Shown in pieces: positions 19,513-28,730 of a DNA stretch of 64,000 nt. Each line of letters opens with the position of its first letter. Position 1 is the stretch's first letter. Source of the stretch: Prevotella sp. (GTDB lineage Bacteria > Bacteroidota > Bacteroidia > Bacteroidales > Bacteroidaceae); assembly GCA_034183335.1 (NCBI GenBank), contig JAXFLJ010000015.1, positions 3,300-67,299 of the forward strand, written 5' to 3'. The translations under genes and the position numbers were made by a program. The notes beneath the pieces are model-generated. The model was not told where the DNA came from. It made no database searches and saw nothing but the letters and a program-made list of their open reading frames with translations.

Positions 19513-19633
19513 GGTATCAGCCGGCAGTGCATGAAGCTGCATCTTGCAGATGGTGTCCTGTTCCTGCCAGAACATGAAATATCGGATGGATTACAATCAA
19601 ACAATATAGATAGGTATATAAAATCAAGAAGAA

Positions 19634-20500
19634 ATGACTGAAAAGAAAAAGAATTTTATTGTTCGCACGATTACCGGAACACTCTTTGTGGCCATTCTTG
19701 TGACGTGTTTTCTCAAGCCAATGGCTATGATTTTCCTTTTTGCTTTGGTCACGGGCATGACAATATGGGAGTTCGGCGGCCTTGTAAATGACAGTGAAGG
19801 CGTGCAGATCAATCGGTTTATCAGTAGCATAGCCGGCGTATATTTCTTTCTTGCCGTTGCCACATTCAGTCTTGGTTTGGTACCGGTTTCGGTGTTTGTT
19901 CCTTATCTTATCACGGTGATTTATCTCATCATAGCCGAGCTTTTCACCAAGGCTGTCAACCCGATACACAACTGGGCCTATACCATGCTTTCTCAAATGT
20001 ATATTGCCTTGCCTTTTTCTATGGTCAATATATTGGCTTTTGCCACGACGCCCGATGGCAGTCAGGTAGGTTTTCATAGCCTTTTGCCATTGAGTGTCTT
20101 TATCTTTTTGTGGGTTAATGACTCTGGTGCATACTGTGCCGGTTCGCTGTTTGGCAAGCACAAGTTGTTCCCACGTGTCTCTCCCGGCAAGAGTTGGGAG
20201 GGCTGTATTGGCGGAGCTGTCTTTGTCATGGTGGCGGCTTATCTCGTTTCCTACTTTGATTCGCAAGGCCATACAACGCCCTCTCTGCTAAGTACGTTGC
20301 AGTGGATGGGGCTGGGTTTGGTCGTTGTGGTCTTCGGTACATTGGGCGATCTTGTCGAATCTCTCTTCAAACGTACCCTGGGAGTTAAAGACAGTGGCAA
20401 TATATTGCCGGGACATGGCGGCATGCTCGACCGCTTCGACTCTTCGCTTATGGCTTTGCCGGCGGCTGTAATCTACCTTTATACCCTGTCCCTTTTGTAA
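19634..20500 (+). CDS. cdsA: phosphatidate cytidylyltransferase
   Basis: Polytopic membrane protein with the CDS signature region SLFKRTLGVKDSGNILPGHGGMLDRFDS. Confidence 0.9.
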   Translation: MTEKKKNFIVRTITGTLFVAILVTCFLKPMAMIFLFALVTGMTIWEFGGLVNDSEGVQINRFISSIAGVYFFLAVATFSLGLVPVSVFVPYLITVIYLIIAELFTKAVNPIHNWAYTMLSQMYIALPFSMVNILAFATTPDGSQVGFHSLLPLSVFIFLWVNDSGAYCAGSLFGKHKLFPRVSPGKSWEGCIGGAVFVMVAAYLVSYFDSQGHTTPSLLSTLQWMGLGLVVVVFGTLGDLVESLFKRTLGVKDSGNILPGHGGMLDRFDSSLMALPAAVIYLYTLSLL

Positions 20501-20510
20501 TTTTTGCTTT

Positions 20511-21608
20511 TTGAATAAGATGATGATAGCCCTCTTTATGCTCATTCCGCTTGCCGGTTTGGCATATACTCTTTGGCATATATGGTGTGTCTTGCCTTTT
20601 ACTCCGGTGATAAAAGGAAGTATCCTTGCATTGCTCACCATTTGTTTTCTCCTGCTTTTTGTTGGTGTCATGCCTCTTTTCGAGCGCATTCCGTTATCGC
20701 TGGGTACATGGATATACGAAATCGGCACCTCTTCGGTTATCGTATTGCTTTATCTTGTCTTGATTTTCGCCTTGCTCGATGTGGGCAGGCTTGTCGGACT
20801 TGTTCCCAAATCATGGCTCTACCATAATGGCACGACCTCGCTCCTATTGCTTGTTTTCATGTCGGTATTGCTGATTTACGGTCATGTAAATTACAGTAAG
20901 AAACATAGGGAGAGCATCGAACTGACCACCAAGAAGCAACTTCCTAATCACGAGATGCGCATCGTGATGGTCAGCGATTTGCATCTTGGCTATCACCACA
21001 GGCGTGCAACACTTGCCAAATGGATAGACTTAATCAATGGCGAGAACCCCGACATGGTGCTGATAGCGGGCGATGTCATCGACGGAGGCATGCAGGCACT
21101 CTTTGAAGAGAACATGGCCGAGGAGTGGAAGAGGGTGAAAGCACCGGTTTTTGCCGTACTTGGCAACCATGAGTATATGGCGGGCTTGGAGCAGTCAATG
21201 CGATTTTATCGGGATGCCGGCATCTGCCTGTTGCGTGACAGCGTAGCGAACATAGGGTCGTTGGCCATCATAGGGCGAGACGATCGCACCAATCCGCACC
21301 GCAAAAACCTAAGAAAGCTGATGCAGGGAGTGGACAAAAGCCGCTATCTTATCCTGCTTGACCACCAACCCCATCACTTGGAGCAGGCCGAAATGAACGG
21401 TATTGACTTCCAGTTTAGCGGCCACACTCACCGAGGACAGGTCTGGCCGATTTCTCTGATAACAGATAATGTCTACGAAGTATCCTACGGAAGTTACCGC
21501 AAAGGGCATACGCAATACTATGTCAGTTCAGGACTGGGACTCTGGGGAGGCAAATATCGCATCGGCACTCGTTCCGAATATGTTGTCGTTACGCTGAAAG
21601 AGGCCTGA
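20511..21608 (+). CDS. membrane-anchored metallophosphoesterase
   Basis: Several N-terminal TM helices followed by calcineurin-like motifs DLHLG, GDVIDG, GNHE and GHTH. Confidence 0.8.
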   Translation: MNKMMIALFMLIPLAGLAYTLWHIWCVLPFTPVIKGSILALLTICFLLLFVGVMPLFERIPLSLGTWIYEIGTSSVIVLLYLVLIFALLDVGRLVGLVPKSWLYHNGTTSLLLLVFMSVLLIYGHVNYSKKHRESIELTTKKQLPNHEMRIVMVSDLHLGYHHRRATLAKWIDLINGENPDMVLIAGDVIDGGMQALFEENMAEEWKRVKAPVFAVLGNHEYMAGLEQSMRFYRDAGICLLRDSVANIGSLAIIGRDDRTNPHRKNLRKLMQGVDKSRYLILLDHQPHHLEQAEMNGIDFQFSGHTHRGQVWPISLITDNVYEVSYGSYRKGHTQYYVSSGLGLWGGKYRIGTRSEYVVVTLKEA

Positions 21609-21631
21609 CGACAGAACGTTAACGATATGTC

Positions 21632-21670
21632 AGCCATGTGTCGCTACAGTGCCGACGCATGGCTTTTTTC
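21632..21670 (+). terminator. intrinsic terminator after the metallophosphoesterase gene
   Basis: AGCCATGTGTCG / CGACGCATGGCT followed by TTTTTTC. Confidence 0.75.
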
Positions 21671-21860
21671 TGCTTCTTCACTGCCCGACAACCTTTCCGC
21701 TCGGCATGTTACAACATGCAAACAACCCTACGTCTCATCTTAATATGGAGTAATCTGTAGGTGTTTTATAGAACTATCAAGTAAGGTTCTCTATTGAGTA
21801 TCAAATGGAAACTTTGCTGAGTGACCAATAGATACCATTATAATAATATGGAAAAGATAT

Positions 21861-22757
21861 TTATTTGTTCCGTTTCTTGGCCTTTACCTTGTCGAAACCT
21901 TCGCCGTAAACGCCTATGACGGCACTCTGGGAGACAAACGCTTTGGGGTCAATTTCATTGATAAGTTCAAACAGTTTACCCGACTCTCTTTGTTTGGCAA
22001 GCACGAAAAGCATGTGAACTTCACGCCCGGAGTAAAATCCCTGTCCGTTGATGAGCGTACACCCACGCCGTGCATTGCGGTTGATTTGTTCGCCGATTTC
22101 CTTGTATTTGTCGGAAATGATGAAGAACTGCACCGAGCGACGTGTCAAATTAACCACATGGTCTACGCAGAATGACGAAACGAAGAGTACCACGTAGCCG
22201 TAAATAACTTGCTCCCAGTCTTTCAAGACGAAGTAGCTGGAGGCAATGATGCCCACGTCTACGATGAGAATAACGTGTCCGAGCGATATGTCGCGATGCT
22301 TGTTGACCATGGCGGCAATCACGTCTGTGCCTCCGGTACTGCCATTTCGTGACAGGCAGAGGCCAACGCCCGTTCCCATGAACGCACCACCTATGACGGC
22401 AGCCAGGAAGGGTTGAGAGGCCAGCATTTGCGTCCCTTCGGCCATGTTGCGAAGAACGGGAACCATGAATGTGACGAGAAAGACGCCGAATATCGTTTTG
22501 ACACAAAACATAAAGCCCAGCACGCGGAGGGCAATAGCCAGCAAAATGAAGTTGACAATGAAATAAGTGTATTGCACCGGGATGTTGAAGCCCCATTCCA
22601 AGACCGAGGAAATGCCCGGAATACCTCCCTGCGTGATGTGGTTGGGCAACATAAACACAACCCAGCCTATCGTGCAAAGCATCAGCCCGAACGAGATAAT
22701 CAGGTAGTCTCTTAGTATTTTTGCAAATTGACTCTTATCCAAATAAAGTGTCTTCAT
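21861..22757 (-). CDS. YitT family membrane protein (DUF2179 C-terminal domain)
   Basis: Polytopic membrane protein with a GGTDV motif and a soluble C-terminal domain. Start set at MKTLYLDK (22757) because a TAatTTTG box (22794-22801) lies inside the longer track ORF. Confidence 0.75.
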   Translation of the reverse strand: MKTLYLDKSQFAKILRDYLIISFGLMLCTIGWVVFMLPNHITQGGIPGISSVLEWGFNIPVQYTYFIVNFILLAIALRVLGFMFCVKTIFGVFLVTFMVPVLRNMAEGTQMLASQPFLAAVIGGAFMGTGVGLCLSRNGSTGGTDVIAAMVNKHRDISLGHVILIVDVGIIASSYFVLKDWEQVIYGYVVLFVSSFCVDHVVNLTRRSVQFFIISDKYKEIGEQINRNARRGCTLINGQGFYSGREVHMLFVLAKQRESGKLFELINEIDPKAFVSQSAVIGVYGEGFDKVKAKKRNK

Positions 22758-22793
22758 CCGTATATTATACAACAGGTTTTTGTCTTTCTGTTG

Positions 22794-22801
22794 CAAAATT
22801 A
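22794..22801 (-). promoter_or_regulatory. -7 box TAatTTTG upstream of the yitT-family gene
   Basis: 37 nt upstream of the ATG at 22757. Confidence 0.5.
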
Positions 22802-22832
22802 CCATTATATTTTGAATAGACAAAAGATTAAA

Positions 22833-22871
22833 CCCAAATTGGTCATTAGCGATTCAATGACCGATGGAGGG
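22833..22871. repeat. minimal palindrome made of two family-1-like termini
   Basis: CCCAAATTGGTCATT-agcgattc-AATGACCGATGGAGGG. It lies downstream of cbiB and upstream of the yitT promoter. Confidence 0.55.
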
Positions 22872-23046
22872 TAGGTGTGCTTAACTTCCTCGCTTCTTCC
22901 TGTTATGGGACAATCCTGCCGCATGCCGATACATGTCTTATGGCAGGCTGCATAGAACCGAATTGGGCTGAACCCAAACCGGCCTGTGGGGGTGGATGGT
23001 GTTTGTCGGTAATGTCATGAGTGAGTGGCAGCCATGATGAGGACGG

Positions 23047-24084
23047 TCAGGCAAACAACATGTAGGTAGCTCCCAGCGCGATAGGAATCATCAGGCATTC
23101 GGCCAACAGGTTGATGCGAACGGCCAACTCCATGTCATAGGTATCAAGTTTTCTGTCGTTTTCGCCGATAAAAGGTTTGTAGACATTCTGCCCGAAGTAG
23201 TCGTGAGGCCCTCCGAAGCGGCAGTCCAGTATAGCCGCCAGTGCACTTTCAGGCCATCCACTGTTGGGACTTGCGTGCTGTGAAGCATATTTTTTCAGGA
23301 AAGCGAGTTGTCCAATGATGCCTTTCCTCTGCGAGTTTGGTTCCTCATGACAGCCTTTCCTCGTTGTTTTGCCTGCTTTCATCTGCTGCATCATAGTGGC
23401 AATCGGAGCAACTGCAAGCATCAGAAAGGCAGTCAGCCGGGCAGGAATGTAGTTGAAGAAATCATCCATCCGTGCGGCAAAACAGCCGAAATCCTTATAG
23501 CGAGGTGAGCGATAGCCAATCATGGAGTCAAGCGTATTGACCATTTTGTAGGCCAACATGCCCGGAATACCAAACAATATCAGCCAGAATAAGGGAGCGA
23601 TGACACCGTCGCTAAGATTCTCTGCCAGTGTCTCAAGAGCTGCCGTGCGTACCTCTTGTGGAGAAAGTCGGCTCGTATCACGTCCAACAATGCGTGCCAC
23701 CTGTTGTCGGCCGTCTTCGAGAGAGTGTTCTACGGCAAGAAACACATTCCGCACTTCCTGTATCAAGGTGGTTCCGGCAAGGCAGCAGAAAATAAGAATG
23801 GCGGCAGCGAAGATGTATAGGTAGATAGAGATATGGTAAAGATAGACCAATAATATCCATGAAGAAAAAAGTACGCCGACCACGAGTGATAGGGCAAAAA
23901 TGGTTCCCTTGAGTTTCTTTCTCTTGCCACGGTTAAGTTGTTGTTCACCTTTTGCGATGATTTTGCCGAAGCCTACGACCGGGTGGGGTAGCCAATGAGG
24001 GTCGCCCAGACACTTGTCGAGCAACCATCCGAGCACGAGTGGCACGCCGACAAACCATAGATGCTGATTCAATATGGCCTCCAT
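23047..24084 (-). CDS. cbiB: adenosylcobinamide-phosphate synthase CbiB/CobD (membrane)
   Basis: N-terminal GDPHWLPHPVVGFGKII motif and a polytopic membrane protein of typical CbiB size. Confidence 0.85.
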   Translation of the reverse strand: MEAILNQHLWFVGVPLVLGWLLDKCLGDPHWLPHPVVGFGKIIAKGEQQLNRGKRKKLKGTIFALSLVVGVLFSSWILLVYLYHISIYLYIFAAAILIFCCLAGTTLIQEVRNVFLAVEHSLEDGRQQVARIVGRDTSRLSPQEVRTAALETLAENLSDGVIAPLFWLILFGIPGMLAYKMVNTLDSMIGYRSPRYKDFGCFAARMDDFFNYIPARLTAFLMLAVAPIATMMQQMKAGKTTRKGCHEEPNSQRKGIIGQLAFLKKYASQHASPNSGWPESALAAILDCRFGGPHDYFGQNVYKPFIGENDRKLDTYDMELAVRINLLAECLMIPIALGATYMLFA

Positions 24085-24087
24085 GTA

Positions 24088-25005
24088 TTAGAAAATAGAC
24101 TCTTCTGTCATTGTGGTCAGCATCTCCAACGCTTTCATTCCTTGCACAGAATTGCCTTTTTCGTTGAGTCTCGGACTCCAGACTGCTACCGAATAACGCA
24201 ACGGACAGACGGCTGCGATGCCGCCGCCGACGCCGCTTTTCCCCGGCAAACCTACGAAATAAGCAAAATCTCCGGCCTCATCGTAGAAGCCGCAGGTCTG
24301 CATGATGGCATTGATTCGTTTTACTTGAGAGGCCGTGAGTGTAATTCCTGCATAGTCGAAAGGCTTGCGATGGTTGGCAAAAGCAAGGAATGCATGTGAC
24401 AGCTCTTCACAATTCAGCTCTATTGAACAAAGTTTGAAATACAGATTAAGCACATCCGAAATGGGATTCTTGATATTCCCATGATGCTTGAGCAGGTTGG
24501 CAATGGCGGCATTCATGAATGCGTGCTCGCTTTCCGACCTTGCTACATCTTCGTTGTAACCGACGTCCGGACTGCCCGAAAGTTCCCTTACAAAGTCAAT
24601 GATTTGTTTTTCTGCGTCGGGAAGTCTGTCCATGAGGATGTCGGTAACCACGATAGCCCCTGCATTGATGAAGGGGTTGCGGGGTATGCCGTGCTCGGTT
24701 TCAAGCTGAATGAGCGAGTTGAAGGCCGTGCCCGATGGTTCTCTGCCCACTCTTTCCCACAGTTTTTCGCCCTCAATGCTCATGCAACAGGCCAAGGCGA
24801 AGACTTTTGAGATACTCTGCGTCGAAAAACGGTCTTGCGAATCACCGGTTTTGAAGATGCCTCCATCCAGTGAATGGATACATATTCCGAACTTGTCAGG
24901 GTTTACTTCGGCAAGTGCCGGTATGTAGTCGGCCTGTTTTCCTACATGAGCAAGCGGTTTCATACATGCCGCTATATATTCTATTTCTTTCTGAAAGTCT
25001 ATCAT
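24088..25005 (-). CDS. glsA: glutaminase A
   Basis: GKQADYIPALAEV and the S-x-x-K motif (QSISKVF) of the serine-dependent glutaminase family. Its start overlaps the cobD stop (ATGA). Confidence 0.85.
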   Translation of the reverse strand: MIDFQKEIEYIAACMKPLAHVGKQADYIPALAEVNPDKFGICIHSLDGGIFKTGDSQDRFSTQSISKVFALACCMSIEGEKLWERVGREPSGTAFNSLIQLETEHGIPRNPFINAGAIVVTDILMDRLPDAEKQIIDFVRELSGSPDVGYNEDVARSESEHAFMNAAIANLLKHHGNIKNPISDVLNLYFKLCSIELNCEELSHAFLAFANHRKPFDYAGITLTASQVKRINAIMQTCGFYDEAGDFAYFVGLPGKSGVGGGIAAVCPLRYSVAVWSPRLNEKGNSVQGMKALEMLTTMTEESIF

Positions 25006-26033
25006 TCTCGATTTCTTTTGATATAATTGGCTATTGCTTCTACGAGCAAATCGTTCTCATGCGGTGCTTGGGTGGCGATGCGGAAGCAATGCTCGTCGAG
25101 TCCTTTGAAGTTGGATGCGTCTCGTATGAGTATGCCCTGCGTTTCAGCCAGCCATATCTTTAGGTCATACGCTTTGCCTTTTTGGAGTCGGCAAAGCATG
25201 AAATTAGTCTCGGTATCGTCCGTTTCCAGTCCGTTGATGTGCTGAAGAGCCTCTCGTAGACGGTGTGTCTCGGCCAGATAGGTGTCTAAGTCGGCCACTG
25301 CTTTTGTGTCGTGTGACAGCAGATACTGTCCTGCGACGATGGCCAAGGCATTGACCGACCACGGATGCTGGTATTTCCTGATGCGGCCGACAAGGTCTTT
25401 TGTCGCAGTGATGTAGCCCAACCGCAGGCCGGGAACGGCATACGTCTTTGTCATGGAATGTATCTGAATGAGGTTTTCATACCCGATTCCCTCTTTCGGA
25501 TACATGATTCTCGCCTTCGTATGGTCTTCGTAAGACTGGTCGATGATATAAAGCCGGCTGCGGTCATCGAGCATCTGCCGCACGTTATCTATGCTTTTCA
25601 CCTCTCCGGTGGGGTTGTTGGGGTTGCATAGCCACACCAGCGTGTCACCCTCCGTGTCTTCTTTGTCTTCCGCCATACGGTATCCGTACATGTTCATGGC
25701 ATCTTCGTATTCGCTGAATGTTGGCCGATGGATGATATACCGTGGTGTGTGAGGGGGCAGGTCGACACCGTTTCGGAATGTCTGGGCGATGAGATAGATG
25801 GCTTCAGTGGCTCCGTTGGTCACCATCACGCACTCTTGTGGGATGCCGTGTCGTTCTGCCAGCATGGCTTCGAGCGTGAACGGCTGCGGTTCGGGATAGC
25901 TTCCAATAACATCCATGTGTTCTTTCAGATAATCTTTCAGGCCTGAAAGATTGGCATGAGAGTAGATGTTGGAGCTGAAGTTCATACGAATGCCATCGTA
26001 TTGGTATAAGTCGTCGCCGTGTCCGGTTATCAT
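25002..26033 (-). CDS. cobD: threonine-phosphate decarboxylase / class I-II aminotransferase (CobD type)
   Basis: MITGHGDDLYQY...IRMNFSSNI N-terminus and a PLP-aminotransferase fold. Start set at 26033, which gives a 4-nt ATGA overlap with cobQ. The 65-aa extension in the track is rejected. Confidence 0.75.
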   Translation of the reverse strand: MITGHGDDLYQYDGIRMNFSSNIYSHANLSGLKDYLKEHMDVIGSYPEPQPFTLEAMLAERHGIPQECVMVTNGATEAIYLIAQTFRNGVDLPPHTPRYIIHRPTFSEYEDAMNMYGYRMAEDKEDTEGDTLVWLCNPNNPTGEVKSIDNVRQMLDDRSRLYIIDQSYEDHTKARIMYPKEGIGYENLIQIHSMTKTYAVPGLRLGYITATKDLVGRIRKYQHPWSVNALAIVAGQYLLSHDTKAVADLDTYLAETHRLREALQHINGLETDDTETNFMLCRLQKGKAYDLKIWLAETQGILIRDASNFKGLDEHCFRIATQAPHENDLLVEAIANYIKRNRE

Positions 26034-27517
26034 TTGAGCATTTGATATATCAGGTTCATGTCTACATGGCGGCGCACATGGTCGGCCAGTTTGTCGTATT
26101 GTGCTTCCTTGAAAGCCCCGTAATCGAAGTCCGTATGTGCTACGTTGATTTTGTCGGCGTATGGACGGAGTAGGAAATCTACAAACATCGGGTTGTCGAG
26201 GATGCCGTGCAAGTATGTGCCCATGCACTTCTCGTCGATGATAAAACCCTCTTCCTTGCCGTCTTCTAGTATGTTTAAGCGGTTCACGCCTGCTTCGAGC
26301 GCAGTAGTTTCACCCATATGAATCTCGTAACCCTGCATGAGTGTTTCGCCGCTGTTGAACGCACAGCCTCTGAATGTGGTGCGGCGAGTTATCTTTTCGG
26401 CCGTCATTGTGGTCGAAACAGGCAGTAATCCCAGTCCGGGCAGTCGTTCGAGCGAGCCTTCCACATGTGAAGGGTCAAGCACTTCGCGCCCCATCATCTG
26501 GTACCCGCCGCATATTCCCAGCACGCCGGCTCCTTCCCTGTGTGCCCTGATGATAGCTTGTGCCACGCCGTTGCGCCTCAGCTCGTAGAGATCATCTATC
26601 GTGCTCTTGCTTCCCGGAAGAATGATGAGGTCGGCGTGGGCGATGTCTTCCACGTTGTTTGTGTAGAAAAGGTGCACGCGCGGGTCGTGTTCCAATATGT
26701 CGAAATCGGTGAAATTGCTCAGATGACGCAATAAAACGACGGCAACATTTACCTTTCCGTGTACGGATTTCATGGATTTTCGGGCGAGAGAGACACTGTC
26801 TTCCTCTTCAATATAGATATTTTGGTAATGTGGGACGACACCCACTACCGGCACTTCGCACAAATCTTCGAGTATCTTGGTGCCTGATTCGAAGAGCCGC
26901 AAGTCACCTCTGAACTTGTTGATGATGATGCCTTTGATGCGTTTCCTGTCTTCCGGCGTCTGCAAAGCTATGCTTCCGTAAACCGAAGCAAATACTCCGC
27001 CGCGGTCGATGTCGGCTACGAGGACGACATTGGCGTCTGCATGGCGTGCCATCGGCATGTTGACGAGGTCGCTGTCACGCAGGTTCAGTTCGCTGATGCT
27101 GCCTGCCCCTTCCATCACAATGGGATTGAAGGCTTTCGCAAGACGGTCGTATGCCTCACAGACGGCGGTTCTCAGTTCTTCTCTTCCTTCCTTCCTGAAG
27201 TAGTCGTAGGCGTTTTTATTGCCGATGGGACGGCCGTTGAGTATTACCTGAGACGTGTGGTCAGACTGCGGCTTGAGCAAAACCGGATTCATCTCTGCCC
27301 TGCATGCCACTCCGGCCGCTTCTGCCTGAACGGCCTGTGCACGGCCTATTTCCAAACCATCGGGCGTGACGTATGAGTTCAATGCCATGTTTTGAGCCTT
27401 GAACGGAGCAGGATGGAAGCCATCTTGAAGGAAGATGCGGCAGAAAGCGGCTGCTATTACGCTCTTTCCTACATCGCTTCCCGTGCCTGCAAACATAATC
27501 GGGCGGAGTTTGTTCAT
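26030..27517 (-). CDS. cobQ: cobyric acid synthase
   Basis: N-terminal P-loop-like GTGSDVGKS and a C-terminal GATase domain (ILPGSKSTIDDL, GICGGYQMMG, YLHGI). Confidence 0.9.
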   Translation of the reverse strand: MNKLRPIMFAGTGSDVGKSVIAAAFCRIFLQDGFHPAPFKAQNMALNSYVTPDGLEIGRAQAVQAEAAGVACRAEMNPVLLKPQSDHTSQVILNGRPIGNKNAYDYFRKEGREELRTAVCEAYDRLAKAFNPIVMEGAGSISELNLRDSDLVNMPMARHADANVVLVADIDRGGVFASVYGSIALQTPEDRKRIKGIIINKFRGDLRLFESGTKILEDLCEVPVVGVVPHYQNIYIEEEDSVSLARKSMKSVHGKVNVAVVLLRHLSNFTDFDILEHDPRVHLFYTNNVEDIAHADLIILPGSKSTIDDLYELRRNGVAQAIIRAHREGAGVLGICGGYQMMGREVLDPSHVEGSLERLPGLGLLPVSTTMTAEKITRRTTFRGCAFNSGETLMQGYEIHMGETTALEAGVNRLNILEDGKEEGFIIDEKCMGTYLHGILDNPMFVDFLLRPYADKINVAHTDFDYGAFKEAQYDKLADHVRRHVDMNLIYQMLK

Positions 27518-27584
27518 GGCTGCAAAGGTAATTATTTTTCTGTGAAAGAGCAGGTTGTTCGGTTATCTTTTTCCCTTGTTTCTT

Positions 27585-27750
27585 GTCGTGTGTGCGGTCT
27601 TTTCAACTGATTATTGTTCCTCTCCGCAGGTTCTTTTCGGGCTGACAAGTGAATGCCGTCAAAGCCGTTGGAGAAAAATTCCTTTAGAACTCCAAATTGG
27701 GCATTAGATTGCAAGTCTACATCAGAATGGTCTCTGATGACCGATAGGGG
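27585..27750 (+). mobile_element. degenerate family-1 copy in the cobQ upstream region
   Basis: Right terminus GGTCTCTGATGACCGATAGGGG (27729-27750). Interior blocks GCTGACAAGTGAATG and GGGCATTAGATTGCAAG align with copy C. The left end is weak. Confidence 0.5.
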
Positions 27751-27794
27751 TTGAACAGGGGCGGAAAGTGCGAGAAACAAGAGCATACCAGAAA

Positions 27795-28577
27795 TCAATA
27801 GGAGGCCGAACAAGGAATGCCGATGGCCATCACACGGTCGCGGATGGCATTGAGTGTGGCGGCATCGGCCTTGAGAAGACTGCTGGCCGGTGTCTCCCTG
27901 TCTATCGTATAAATCATAACTGCCTGCGGACGGATGGCTTTCAGTGTGTCAAGCCACGGTTTGATGTATTCTTCATGGGTGTTGTCCATATCGTTTCCTT
28001 CGTCATCCTGTCCTTTGAGAAACATGGTCTGAACGATGAGCTTTCCCTCGAACAATTTCATGTTTTCCACGATTTTGTTTACATCATAGTGTTTTCCGGA
28101 GGGTCTGTCAAGTTTTTTGATGTATGAGTTGCTTACCGTATCGAGTTTCAATATGTTGTTGTCTACCTGCATCAGGGCGTCTCTCACCTTTGGACGATGA
28201 ATCAATGTGGCATTGCTCAGTACCGAAATCTTGGCATTGGGGAAATATTTGTCGCGCAATTGCAGGGTGTCGGCAATGACGGCATCAAACTCAGGGTGGG
28301 CGGTTGGCTCCCCGTTGCCCGAAAAGGTCAGCACATCAGGCGGAGTTCCGTCTGCTTGCATCTGTTGAAGACGCCTTTCCAGCTGTGTACGCACTTCCTC
28401 TCTCGATGGTCGTCGTTGAAGAGGGCGGAAGTGGGCATTGTATCCGCACTCGCAATAAATGCAGTCAAAAGTGCATATTTTGCCGTCGGCAGGCATGAGG
28501 TTGATGCCCAGCGACAGACCGAGCCGCCTGCTGCGAATTGGCCCGAAGATAGGAGAAGGATGAATGAGAGTCGTCAT
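27795..28577 (-). CDS. radical SAM protein of unknown function (COG0731-like)
   Basis: IFGPIRSRRLGLSLGINL followed by CTFDCIYC (CxxxCxxC). Start set at MTTLIHPSP (28577). TAccTTTG box at 28643-28650. Confidence 0.7.
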   Translation of the reverse strand: MTTLIHPSPIFGPIRSRRLGLSLGINLMPADGKICTFDCIYCECGYNAHFRPLQRRPSREEVRTQLERRLQQMQADGTPPDVLTFSGNGEPTAHPEFDAVIADTLQLRDKYFPNAKISVLSNATLIHRPKVRDALMQVDNNILKLDTVSNSYIKKLDRPSGKHYDVNKIVENMKLFEGKLIVQTMFLKGQDDEGNDMDNTHEEYIKPWLDTLKAIRPQAVMIYTIDRETPASSLLKADAATLNAIRDRVMAIGIPCSASY

Positions 28578-28642
28578 GTTGTTGCTGTTTTGTGTGTCCC
28601 CACCATGTGTCATACGATTGAAAGGTGTTTGATAGAGTGGGA

Positions 28643-28650
28643 CAAAGGTA
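28643..28650 (-). promoter_or_regulatory. -7 box TAccTTTG upstream of the radical SAM gene
   Basis: 66 nt upstream of the ATG at 28577. Confidence 0.5.
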
Positions 28651-28730
28651 CTATTTTACCTTGACATAAGCTGCATTTGACGAAAAAACGAAATGTTAAC
28701 GATGTAATATCATTTTACTTGTAACGGATG

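Noticed and set aside
27518-27794. Cobalamin riboswitch upstream of cobQ.
   Set aside because: Only loose matches to the B12 box and core motifs were found by eye. Most of the interval aligns with family-1 repeats. I kept it as a finding to be settled by cmsearch rather than calling it a feature.
27532-27813. 93-aa ORF with a hydrophobic, signal-like N-terminus upstream of cobQ.
   Set aside because: It lies within the repeat copy and overlaps the end of the radical-SAM gene. It has a low-complexity basic C-terminus and no promoter of its own.
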